From Mobula hypostoma (taxonomy: Eukaryota), in NCBI RefSeq assembly GCF_963921235.1, contig NC_086102.1, positions 161,324,001 to 161,388,000 of the forward strand: DNA of 64,000 bases, read 5' to 3'. A program made the translations under genes and the position numbers. The notes below the pieces were generated by a model, which did no database searches, had not been told where the DNA came from, and saw only the letters and a list, made by a program, of their open reading frames with translations. Of this stretch, positions 38,959 through 50,561 are shown piece by piece (position 1 is the stretch's first letter; the number at the start of each line of letters is the position of its first letter).

Positions 38959-41334
38959 GTATGCTGTAAATTCAGACTTTAGCATTATGTCTCACTTTAG
39001 TTTACCCCTTGCTTATTCTGAGTTGTTAATTTTTGCTGTGTTTGGTTTCCAAAGTGTTTTTTTACTTTTCTATTTGAATTTACATGTTCGAGCTAGATCA
39101 TTTTAATGTACTGATGATAACAACTAAGCTTTACCTGTGCTGACCCATCATCTATGCAGTGACATAGACTAAAGTGGTTTACTGGTTAATAATAGAGAGT
39201 CAAAATGTCTGTTTTCACTTCTTCTCGGACTAGAAGACCAAAGTTGATTGTAATCCCCAACTGCAGCTCTAAAATGATTATCGATCATATTTCAATGAAT
39301 GCCACTTAACTCCAAAGAAACAGCACTTTTGCCTACCATATTATGAAGTTTGCAATCTTTGTTAATGACTCAAATTTAATTCAAGTACATTGTTCTGGGT
39401 GACTTCATCCTTCATGCTTTGTGATACAAACCTAAAAGGTCTAGGAAGCACAGCCTACCAAGTGAGCAAATATAAAACATCTGGTACCTAGTCTAGGTTA
39501 GGTATTGACAATACAAAAGTGCAGGTGCCCCTCATCTCTCCTCTAGATTCTCCCATCTTTCCCTGCCATCTCTTCTCTGGAAGAATACATTAGTCAAGAA
39601 ACTTAACAATTGATATTTTTATTCCGGTTCAACAGGCATCTTCTATCTTTCTTTATTTTTCCCTTTAGCATACTGATTGTATGTTTTACTGTAGCACGAG
39701 TCTGTATTCTATCCCAGACTCATAGAGCAACACAATAGGAGATTTTTTACAAAAAGTTTATTGAAACTAAAACCACTGTGAAGTAAATATAACAAAACTA
39801 TTAGAAGAAAAAATGACGTGGGGTTATATTCCAAACATTAAAAAATGCCATACATTACTGCAGCCTTTCTGTGCTAATTGTCTAATACAGGTCTTGACAT
39901 TTAATTGTATTGTACTCTTTAATATGATTAATTCTAGTTCCAATTCGAAATCCAACATATTCAGTGGTCAAATAAAGTAACTGGATCACATCTGCAAAGG
40001 TTAATCAAACTGTTATTTTCATTTTATCAAAGTTTACCTCTAAACCACTTCTCCACGCCCAACGTCTATAATGTAAGAGAATCTTGTCTGTGTCTACTAT
40101 AGACACAAGCCTCTATATTTATCATTGCCCAGTCTGTTCATTATAAACATCAATCTTAATCGAACTAATACTGTTAATTCTGTGTCATTAATTTTATTAA
40201 CAAAGCTATTTTAGTAGGGAAGACGACTAAGTTTATTAGCACTTCAGGAAGTTTTTTTAACTCCGTGGAAATTCTACATTCGATCAGACTGTAGAGTTTC
40301 TTTGAAGTACAGCAGATAACTTTAATGATATCTTCGAGTTAATCTTGTTTGTGAAAGAAAATTACTCTTCTGGTAGCTTTCTTAGTTTACAGTGTCTATT
40401 TTTAAGAACTGCTTTGATAAGAGACATGGTTTCTTGTAACTCAGATATATGAGACAAGTTATAAACCCAACCTGTGGTTCATCAGAAGTTAATGCATTTC
40501 TTGCTGAAGGCAGCTGCCTCCAGAAATCAATCTCCAAATGACTGATGTTTTGATTCTTCATAGCATTAGCCACTTATAATCATCTTTTCCTGTTCTTACC
40601 TAGAAGAACCTTTTACATTAGCTTTTGAAATATTTTTTTCATTGTTTTACAGTCATTGTAAGATATAGTAAATGGATCACCATGATCAATTGAGCCATGA
40701 CCTTCACACATGAATTAAAATCTAATCCACAAATTAATTTTAATTATCATAACCAAATTTTCTAACACCTGCCACTGTGATAATTCTGATAATTTTGTAA
40801 TACATTCATTTCTTTTCCTAAGCGGAACGGTTGTAAGATGCTGTCTAAAAGGAACACTAAAATATTGGGTTTATAACTGGACTCATCAGGTCATTTCTGG
40901 ATTATTATCAGATATAAAAGATTTAACAGCTATGATTAAATATTTCATCTCGCTTCCCTTATAAACCAAACTGACAATTCAATAATTATTTGATATGGAG
41001 TCTAGACTATGTTCTCTGTCCAGGGAATCCATATACAGATCCTTTCTGATCTTGTAGTTTGCAGATTCAGATTACAGTTTTTCACATATTTGTGGGAAGC
41101 CACATACCTGTGCCTTTGCAGGATGTTGTAGGCTATGTAAGAGTATTATCTCGTGCTGTTATTAAATGTTGTGATATACACCCAATGCTTTCCAATAAAA
41201 GTAGGAGAGATCTGCAATGCATTGGAGTGATATTAAGAAACCTAAATGCGATCTAAAAGTTTAACCATTAGTGGGATTGTGATATGTGTGATATACCCTG
41301 TGAACTTTAACTAAACTAAATTTACTCCAGTTCA

Positions 41335-41545
41335 CACATCAAAGTTGCTGGTGAGTGCAGTAGGCCAGGTAGCATCTCTAGGAAGAGGTACAGTCGACGT
41401 TTCAGGCCGAGACCCTTCAGGACAAAGGGTCTCAGCCTGAAACGTCGACTGTACCTCTTCCTAGAGATGCTGCCTGGCCTACTGCGTTCACCAGCAACTT
41501 TGATGTGTGTTGCTTGAATTTCCAGCATCTGCAGAATTCCTGTTG
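41335..41545. mobile_element. Fold-back element with both hammerhead cores truncated
   Basis: Inverted arms; 14-bp TSD TTTACTCCAGTTCA at 41321-41334 and 41546-41559. Confidence 0.82.
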
Positions 41546-41704
41546 TTTACTCCAGTTCAGATCAGATGAAGTTTCATGATCTGTCAGTTGTGTTAAAGGT
41601 TCACTGTTAATCCATGTCAGAACATATCCCTATGCTAATCTTACTACCTTGTGGTGGGTTTATTTTATCAACTAATTCCCATATATTATACACATTTCAT
41701 TGTG

Positions 41705-42430
41705 GAATGCCTCAAAACCGGTATATCCACAGATGACTGCGGCAATGAATTCCACAGATTCACCACCCTCTGGCTAAAGACATTGCTTCTCATTTCTGTT
41801 CTAAAGGGAGCCCTTATATTCTGAGGCTGTACCCTCTGGTCCTAGGCTCTCCCACTATTGAAAACATCTTCACAATGTCCAACCTATCTTGGCCTTTCAA
41901 TATTTGATAGATTTCAATGAGATTCCCCCCTCATTAATCTAAACTCTGGCGAGTACAGGCCCAGAGCCATTAAACATTCCTCATTTGTTAAACCTTTTAT
42001 TCCTGGGCTCATTTTTGTGAACCTCCTTTGGACCATCTCCACTGCCAGCATATCCTTTGTTAAACAAAGTGCCCAAAACTGCTCACTGTACTCCAGATGT
42101 GGTCTGACCAATGCCTTATAAAGCCTCAGCATTACATCCTTACTTTTATATGGAGTCCTTTTGAAATGAATGCTAACATTGCATTTGCCTTCCTTACTGC
42201 TGGCTCAACCTGCAAGTTAACTTTTTGGCAGTTCTGCACTCGGATTCCCAAGTCCTTTGCAACTCAAATTTCTGAAATTTCTTCCTGTTTAGAACATAGT
42301 CTATGCCTTTTTTCCTTCTACCAAAGTGCATGAACATAAACTTCCCTACACTGTATTCCATCTGCCACTTCTTTGCTCATTCTCCTAATCTATCTAACTC
42401 CTTCTGCAGACTTCCTACTTCTTCAACTGT
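41705..42430 (-). mobile_element. CR1-like LINE 3' fragment
   Basis: MLRLYKALVRPHLEYSEQFW (ORF 41914-42132). Confidence 0.85.
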
Positions 42431-43509
42431 CCAAACTTCCCTTCTCAATGTTGACTTGTACATTTTGCAACTTGATTCATTCTGTTTTTTCTATCAGGCC
42501 TCTTGTTTGACACATAATACATGATGTGTGGAAATTTCCTCTAACTAAATAAGTCAAACCAATTTTCTTGAGTTATCATTACGGTACTGTTCCATGACCA
42601 TCAACACCCTCATTATTTGACTTGGTTTTACATTTATCCCCAAGATGACCTATTAATCATATATCTAGCTGCAGCATCATCAAAATCCCACATCTGGAAA
42701 ATCATCTGACTTTACCCACCCTCCAATACATTTGTTGTTGCAAGGCTCAACAAGTTTTCATCAGCTTAGAAATGGCAAACCATTAGTCAATAACATCCTC
42801 AGAACATTATTGCCTCTATTTCCAGGTTCCATTTGCCATCACCTGTTGACTTGCTAACCTATGTTGGGTTCAGTTTCAAAATTCCTACGTTTATTTTCAA
42901 ATCCATCCACATTTTCACTCTTTCCTCCTTGTGCCGTATGTGACTTCAGTTTTCTCCTCCAAATTTGAATACCTTATTTTCAGTTACCTTAAGATCTGAA
43001 ATTCCTGCTCAAAATCCCTCTGTCTTACCATTTCTCTTTACACAAAGATGCTTCTTAAAGGCTCTTTGACAAAGGTTTTAGTTTTCTTGTCCTGATGTTT
43101 CCTTTTGTGCTCCTGTACCAGTTTTGTTTTAATAATGCAAACACAACAAGAGGTTTTTATGACATTAATGGCACTATGTAACTACAATTGCCAATTGGAA
43201 AAAACTCATCCAGTTTTTCTTCAAACAAGTCTTTTATACTCACCACAAGCAGATAAGATTGTGCTTCATTGATACAGGGTTTCCTGTGCCAATGAAGCTG
43301 GGAAAAGCCGTGCTTCACCATTATTCCACAATGAAAGTATAGCAAAGTTAGGAGTTTACACTTTATATAAGTGCAGAATTTGATAAGAATGATCACCAGT
43401 TGAATTTCTAACTTTTTCTGTTATTATTTCAGATTTTCAGCTTCAACTTCTTTCTTTTTAATGGAAATTGAAACTTTGAATGTTGATCTTGCACTATCTA
43501 TTTAGAATA

Positions 43510-45530
43510 CAACAACTTGAGAAATAGGAGCAGGAGTAGGCCTTGTCACCTGCTGAGCCTGCACTGCCCACTGCCATTGAATCAGATCATAGCTGATCTG
43601 GCCATAATCAGCTCCACCTACCTACCTTTTCCCCATAACCCTTATTCCCCTGTTATGCAAAAATCTATCTAACTGTGTCGTAAATATATTTAATGAGGCA
43701 GTTTCAACTGCTTCCCTGGGCAGAGATTTCCACAGATTCGCTACTCTCTGGGAAAAGTAGTTTCCTCATCTCTGTCCCCCTGATTCTTGAAGCTATTGTT
43801 CCTAGTCTAATCTCATTTACCAGTGGAAACAACTTTCCTGCCTCTATCCTATCTACCCCTTTCATGTTTTTCTGTTTCTGTAAGATGTCCTCTCATTGTT
43901 CTGAATTTCAGTGAGCATAGTTCCATGCAACTCAATCAATCTTCATAGGTTAACACCCTCATCTCCAGAATCAACATAGTCAAAAATCCAGTATGCTTTT
44001 CCTCAGGTAAGGACACCAGAACTGCACATAGTACTCCAAGTACAGCCTCATCACTATCCTGCAGAGTTGCAGCATAAATTCCCTGCTCTTAAATTCAATC
44101 CCTCTAGTAATGATGGCCAACATTCCATTTGCTTTCTTGATAACCTGTTGCACCACCAAACCAACTTTTTGTGATATATGCTCTTCCAAGTCCCTCTGCA
44201 CCACAGCATGCTGCAAACTTTCACCATTTAAATAATAATCTGATCTTCTATTTTATCTTGCAAACTGGATGACCTGTGTTGTACTCTATCTGCCAGACTC
44301 TAGCCCAGTCACTTAATCCATCTATATCTCTCTGCATCCTCTGTACAATTTGCTTTGCCACTCATTTTAGTTTCATCAACAAACTTAGATATCCTACATA
44401 CAGTCCACTTTTCTAAATCTTTAATGTATATCGTGAACATTTGTTGGTTGAGCACCAACCCCTGTGGCATTCTGCTCATCATAGATTGTCAACCAGAGAA
44501 GTAGCCATTTATCCCAATTCTGTACCTTCTATTAGCTAACTAATCCTCTATCCATGCTACTACATTACCCCTAACTCCATGCATCCTTATCTTATGGATG
44601 TGTCTCATATGTGGGATCTTATTGAATTTCTTCTGGAAATTCAAGCATACAACATTCGCCTGTTGCCCTGTATGGACTGCATTTATTATAATCTCAAAGA
44701 ACTCCAATTAGTTTGTCATGGAGGACCTGCTCTCCATGAATTCATGTTGTGCTGCTTAATGTTACATTTCTACCCAGATGTCTTGTTATTCCTTCCTTCA
44801 AGCTTTATGATAGCTTCAATCATTTTCCTTTGTATAGACTTTAAACTAACAGGCCTATAGTTACTCACCTTTTACCTACATCCTTTTTTAAAACCATGAT
44901 GTGGCATTTACTGTCTTCAAATCTGCAGGACGTGTCCAGAGTCAAGAGATTTATCACAAACCCGTCTACTAAAACTTCCGCAGTTTCTTTCAGTATGCAT
45001 TCCATCAGTCTACCTTTATTCATTGGTTTGCTCATTACTACCTTTTTAGTGACTGCAATTGTATCAAGGTCCTCACCTCCCATCACATCATAACATATCT
45101 TTTTCGCACGTTAGACTTGTCCTTCACTGTGAAGACTGATGTAATATAGTCGTTCAAAGCCTCAACCGTTTCTGCACTACCCAATGTTAAGCCCTCCTTC
45201 TCATCTTCTAAATGACCTACGTTCACTTCAGCCACCTATTTCTATTTTATATAATTAAAAAGCTTTTTCTCTTTTTTGATTTCATCCCCTTTAATTCGCA
45301 GAGGGCATTTAAGTTCTATAACCAGTAATGAAATCTTCTTACAGCAGGTTATGAACTTAATGCCCATTGAATAATAATTTAACTATGGCTCTATTTCTTT
45401 GGATTCCCCTATGTCCACAGCAGATTGAGCTCACATTTTTGAGTTCTTCCTTCTATTAACTCAGCACCTAACCCATGGATTCCTGCAGCTCCTTAGTGAG
45501 TCCTGTCTTCTGTCCTCATACTTAAATATA
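43510..45530 (-). mobile_element. CR1-like LINE, degenerate
   Basis: VVQRDL...KKANGMLAII.RGIEFKS...LEYYVQFW (ORF 43980-44216) plus upstream RT remnants. Confidence 0.8.
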
Positions 45531-45719
45531 AACAGTTCATCTGCATAACTGGTTTTTCTAATGGAGTTCATTTCAATTTCAGCCTCATTGTATCAAATAT
45601 TAAGTATTATATAGTTGCATTATTTGACTTAATTATATCAACTTTGTTAATTGGGGTTTGGACCTTTGGTCAGCTTGTAACTATGTTGCTGATTAAATGG
45701 CATTTTTTTTGAAACGTAG

Positions 45720-45908
45720 ATCTAAAGGTTACCTGGTATAGTAACCAAAAGGAGATCAAACAGTCAAGATTCTTCAAGATGGTTCAGTTTGAAGACATTT
45801 ACCAACTGGAAATTGCTGAAGCCTACCCAGAAGATGAAGGAACATACAAATGTGTAGCATCCAACTCTGCTGGAGAAGTTTCATGTACTGCTGAGTTAAA
45901 ATTGGAAG
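45720..45908 (+). CDS. TTN: Titin exon (~44), last proximal Ig second half
   Basis: DLKVTWYSNQKEIKQSRFFKMVQFEDIYQLEIAEAYPEDEGTYKCVASN; 189 nt. Confidence 0.95.
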
Positions 45909-46599
45909 GTAATTCAAGATTATTTTGCTTTAATTTGCTACATCTTACATCATATTTACATTTCTGTTTTGCTGATGTGAATTTTGAAACTCTTTTCTGC
46001 CTGTGGTTGATTTCTTAGTTCAGTAATGTTTATCATTGCCTGCGGCATTCATTTCTACTTATCATCACAAGTGTTCACTTCTTGTGAAAGCATGTGTATT
46101 TGTGCTTGTATTGCCGAACACCATTCTACCTTATTTTAGTACCTACCATTTTTTTGAAGCTTTTTCATCAATTGTAGACTTCATCAAGCAACTCACCCAG
46201 CCACATTGTTTCCACATCTGTAGTACCTCTCATGGCCAGTTCTTCCATCCACTTCCAAGGTAAACAACAGAGGCCACCTGCTGTGCACACCATGGAATTC
46301 CACTATAACATCACTATGTTTTGGATATGCAGAATTTTTTTGTTGAAACAACTTAATATGTAATAACTGTTAAATATATACAGCAATAAAACATTGTTTT
46401 AATCATTTTGTTTGAACTTTCTTGAGTTAAAAGCTAGGTCTCCTCTTGTAGTAATTTGTTTTAATGCTATTAAACAAAATTGGATTAAAGGTTAACATTT
46501 TCATAATCCATGTCAAATGCACCTAAAATAACTTGAGCAAACAGAGCCAGAATTATTTTAAAGTTGGTATTTTGGCTCTTTATTATTAACATCAGTCAG

Positions 46600-46785
46600 C
46601 AGCTGGACATCATAATGGACCTATGACAGAGCCAAGAGAAGACGTAGAATTTGATAATTTTAGAAAAAATGTCACCAATGATAATCATTGATTTAGCAAT
46701 TTCTGCAAAGTATACTACATGCTGGACAGAATCCATACAAAGCAAATTAAAAAGATATTGGGAAAGCACCATCTATTGTTGTAAG
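46600..46785 (+). pseudogene. TTN: Candidate decayed novex-1 (exon 45) Ig remnant
   Basis: Located between exon 44 and novex-2. Broken frames give W..HNGPMTEPREDVEF (human novex-1 from memory WFHNQQLILPTKDVVF) and HAGQNPYKA (human HAGQYSCKA). Stops and frameshifts present. Confidence 0.4.
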
Positions 46786-47189
46786 GTCAAGCAAACAGCA
46801 TTTCCATGAATATATTTTATCACTATTTCCATTTTTGATTACACTCAACAGCACCTCATTATTCTAAAATGTTGATGATCTAAATACACCAGTAAGAACG
46901 CCTTTCATCTTGATACACAAACTTGCATTAATTCATCTGCATCTTGGATATTTGCAAGAGAAGAACTAAATCATCATTTTGTTCAAATGAATGCCATTTC
47001 CTCCCAAAGAATTTTGCAGATGCTTTGAGGAAAAGGACCATAGGTGTTTTCCTCAATCAAGTGAATTGCACTTCTTTAGCATGTGGCCAGCATGCTGGGA
47101 TGCCCGTTGGACAACATGAACTATTGCTTTCTTTATTTTGTCAGTCATGATTTAATATCATGAATAATATTTTGTCTTTTGTCACTCAG

Positions 47190-48068
47190 ATTACAAAGTG
47201 CAAAGCATAGATAGTCAGAGCATAACTTCTGGAAAAGCTGTAGCGGAATCCATCGCTTCAAAGACTTTTGAAGTATCAGAAATGCATATGGAGTCTCCTA
47301 TGACCATAAAGCATACAGAGAACTATACAAAGGAAATCACTTTACAGCAAGAACATACATACAATGTTCAGATGTTTGAAACTATCTCCGTAAGTTCATC
47401 TAGCAAGACTGTTTCTTCTGAAAGCTGGGAAGAGTCAGAAAAAGTGAGCAAGACTGAATCAATCAGAAGTGGTTCTCAAATTGCACCAAAATTCCTACAA
47501 GATATGGAAAGCAACGCAGTTATGTTAGGTGAAACAGCATCTCTAAAATGTCAAATTCTAGCACTCCCAAGACCTGAAATAACATGGTACAAAGAAGATA
47601 AAGAAGTTGTGGAAGCTAAAAGAATAAAAATTGTGACTATAACAGAAGCTGAAGCTTTAACTTCATCTGAGATAATTATACAAAAAGTCCATGAAGAGGA
47701 TACAGGAGTTTATAGATGTAAAGCTGTGAATCCTCATGGTGAGGCTAACTGTGAAGCAAAAGTAACTATTGCTACAGCCAAACCTTCCCTTGAAGCACCC
47801 ACAATTCTACTTGGACTTAGTGATCTGAGAGTCAAAGCTGGTCAGATGGCACAGTTCATCTGTTCTTTCCATGGAGAAACTTCAGAGATTATATGGGCTC
47901 ATAGAAGCAGAAGATTAGAAGAAGCAGAAAGACTGAAGATATCTCAGAATGGAAATGTAATGTGTCTCACAATCCTCAATGTGCACATAGAAGATCAGGG
48001 AGAGTATAGCTGTACTGCAAGAAATGAAAGTGGAGAAATGAAGACTTCTGCTGTACTTATTGTAGAAG
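47190..48068 (+). CDS. TTN: Titin novex-2-like cassette exon with two Ig domains
   Basis: CTCAG acceptor, 879 nt in frame, phase 1-1. N-terminus VQSIDSQS and C-terminal Ig (EEAERLKISQNGN...DQGEYSC...TSAVLIVEG) resemble human novex-2 as recalled. Confidence 0.85.
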
Positions 48069-48366
48069 GTGGTTGTTTATAATTTTATTTAAAGACAGCA
48101 TCTTGATTCATCCACTTCATTGTTTCTTTCCCAAAATAAGTTTAGTATCTGTTTAAGAAGATCCTGAATTTGACTATTAACAGTAAAATATTTTGCTTAA
48201 GATGTTAGCTAGTGAATTATACAAACTTTAAACCTAGACATTGCATCACACTAGTATGCATGAATTATTGAAAACATTTCTTTGGGCTGTTATAAATTTT
48301 TCAAGTATTTACTTTACTGAAATTGCCAAATCACTTAACATTTATCCTAATTTTATTCTTGCATAG

Positions 48367-48882
48367 CTGAAGAAACAAAACCCCAGACAGGTGCTAAAAT
48401 TCCCACTGATAGCAGTTCAGATATCTCTAAAATTGAACAAAGGCCTAATATCACATCTGATAGCAAATCAGAAGTTCTAAAGAAAACATCAAGTTCACCA
48501 CCTTCTTCAACCAAAAGACCAACTAGAACAGAGAAGCAAAGGAGCCGAGATTATTATCCGGATGTGGTGCCCAGTGACGAACTAATAGACGTTGGAGCGA
48601 TAGCACCGGCTTTCTTAGAAAAATTGCCTCCAGAAATCACTGTACAAGATGGAGAAGATGCTTTGATGCTTTGCATTGTAAAGGGTCTACCATCGCCTTG
48701 TGTACTTTGGCTGTTCAACCAACGCATAGTTGAAGAATCTTCATTGTGTTCCATAAAACATGATGGTTTGCTATGCAGTTTAAAGTTACAGAAAGTCAGC
48801 CAAAGGCACAGTGGTACTTATACATGCAAAGCGGTTAATTCTGCTGGAGAAACAGCGTGCAACACTCTACTTAGTGTGACAG
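48367..48882 (+). CDS. TTN: Additional titin cassette exon: S/T/P/K-rich linker plus Ig
   Basis: TTCTTGCATAG acceptor; open frame AEETKPQTGAKIPTDSSS...APAFLEKLPPEITVQDGED...HSGTYTCKAVNSAGETACNTLLSVT; donor G|GTTGGC; 516 nt. Confidence 0.8.
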
Positions 48883-49285
48883 GTTGGCAATTGCATGCTT
48901 TGATCCTTCCCCATGTGACTCAATCATGCATCTCACCACAGTTCATGGAAAGAATCTTTGTGGAATCAGTTTGTTTCGCTGTGGAGTATTGCATTTCCTT
49001 TTTACATTAAACTGATTAGGCATGTGAGGCATGTTTAATGTTTTGTTACAGAGCAAAACAGTTTTTTTTACAAAATCCTGGGTTGTCTGAATTAGATTTG
49101 TGATTCAATGAACCAATTGTTTGGTTGAAAATCCCAATCAACAGATATATTTTTACATTTTGCATGTATGTTTTGTATGTTTTTGCATATTCCATAAATC
49201 GATTTTCACTTTTGCATTTGTATTTATAAATTGGAAAAACATTTCTGAAATAATATTCAGGTTTATTAATTTTCATTTGCTGCAG

Positions 49286-49336
49286 ACAAAAAGCTTCAAG
49301 ACAAAATTGAACAACAGATCGAAATGGAAGTGAGAG
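49286..49336 (+). CDS. TTN: Titin short exon (exon 47 homolog)
   Basis: TGCAG|AC...DKKLQDKIEQQIEMEVR G|GTAATA; matches the human motif RIEQEIEMEMK as recalled; 51 nt. Confidence 0.88.
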
Positions 49337-50561
49337 GTAATATTTTTATTATTATTTGATGAATTTGCTAAATAGTTCTTGGAATACTTTGACCCAACTA
49401 TATTCATTTACTTCAGTATTTTGCCATCTGAATAAGCTATTTTACAGTTTGAAATGTCAAAATTGCATGTTGTTTGTTTCAATCTGATTTGTTTAAAAAT
49501 CAGATTTCTGTTTTTCATTCGGATTGTCGGATAAAAATTCATTAACATCAATATTTACTTTACAGGCATTATTTATTTACAGGAATTAACCATTGTTAAT
49601 TCCCCATTGTTAAGCTAAATTTCAGTGTAGAATTGCTTATTAAAATTGACAAAGCACAAATGAAATCTATGAGTATATCTGATAATGAAGGGTACAATGA
49701 AAAGTGTTTGAATGTACTGTCAACAATTTAATGTTTAATGACTGAATCCTAGAAGTGTACATATTAATATTTTATTTCCTAATTCTGTAGTTTCATCAGA
49801 ATTTTGTTCTTCTGAGTTCCTAATGAGCTCAACAAAAAGAATTGTACCTCATATTTTAGGAAATTGCAGCAATATTTTATTAAAGGATATTTAATTAGAA
49901 TAGCATCTATTCATATATTCATTTTCTTTCATTTAATCGACTCATACACTTACACTGGCTTGCAGATAGTAGTATGTATTCATGTATGCTGGCTTTTTTG
50001 CATAACGTTGTTAATCTAGCAACTGTATTAGTTCGAATAAACGCCTTCTCATGCAATTTATGAAGAATTATAAATGAATTTGTCTGTATTAAAATTCAAA
50101 TCTATGCTTGTCAAACTGGCTGAAAAGTGTATCTACTACCAAAAGGAGCAGAAAGGGCGTTTATTCTGCTGTCTGCAAGTCAGGTAAGAATTTGTAATAA
50201 TCTAGATATACCCAAATCATTACAGAGACTGATTTTACTTTTTGAAAAACCTCAATTTCGTCATGAGATCACTTTATGCTTTTTTCAAAATACACATTCT
50301 AATATGATTTTTGACAAGAAATTGCTACAGTCTGAAGAAAGAACAAAGAACGAGCGATTTTCCTGCTCAGAATCTTTAAACAGAAAATGGTCTTGCGTTT
50401 ATTCGAACAAATATGGTGAGTGCATTTTTTACAGTAATTGTGAATGCTGATGCATAAAGTTTGTCATTTCATGTTTCATATTTGTATTAAATTCAATTTT
50501 TAATAAGTTTTAAACTGATTTCGAAGAAACCACTCAATTCATTTTTTCTTTTTTTCTACAG

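Noticed and set aside
6500-41550. Recurrent palindromic repeats as a CRISPR array or DNA-transposon MITEs
   Set aside because: They are dispersed with no repeat-spacer periodicity, have variable 11-17 bp TSDs typical of target-primed retrotransposition, and are linked to GIY-YIG Penelope coding sequence.
190-45530. Antisense bias of LINE insertions
   Set aside because: About six antisense versus three sense fragments; too few to interpret.
49052-49081. Possible micro-exon (EQNSFFYKIL) upstream of the exon-47 homolog
   Set aside because: It has AG/GT ends but no recognisable homology and a weak donor; cannot be supported without RNA data.
50127-50450. 107-aa ORF upstream of novex-3
   Set aside because: No titin-like motifs or convincing splice sites; likely a chance ORF.
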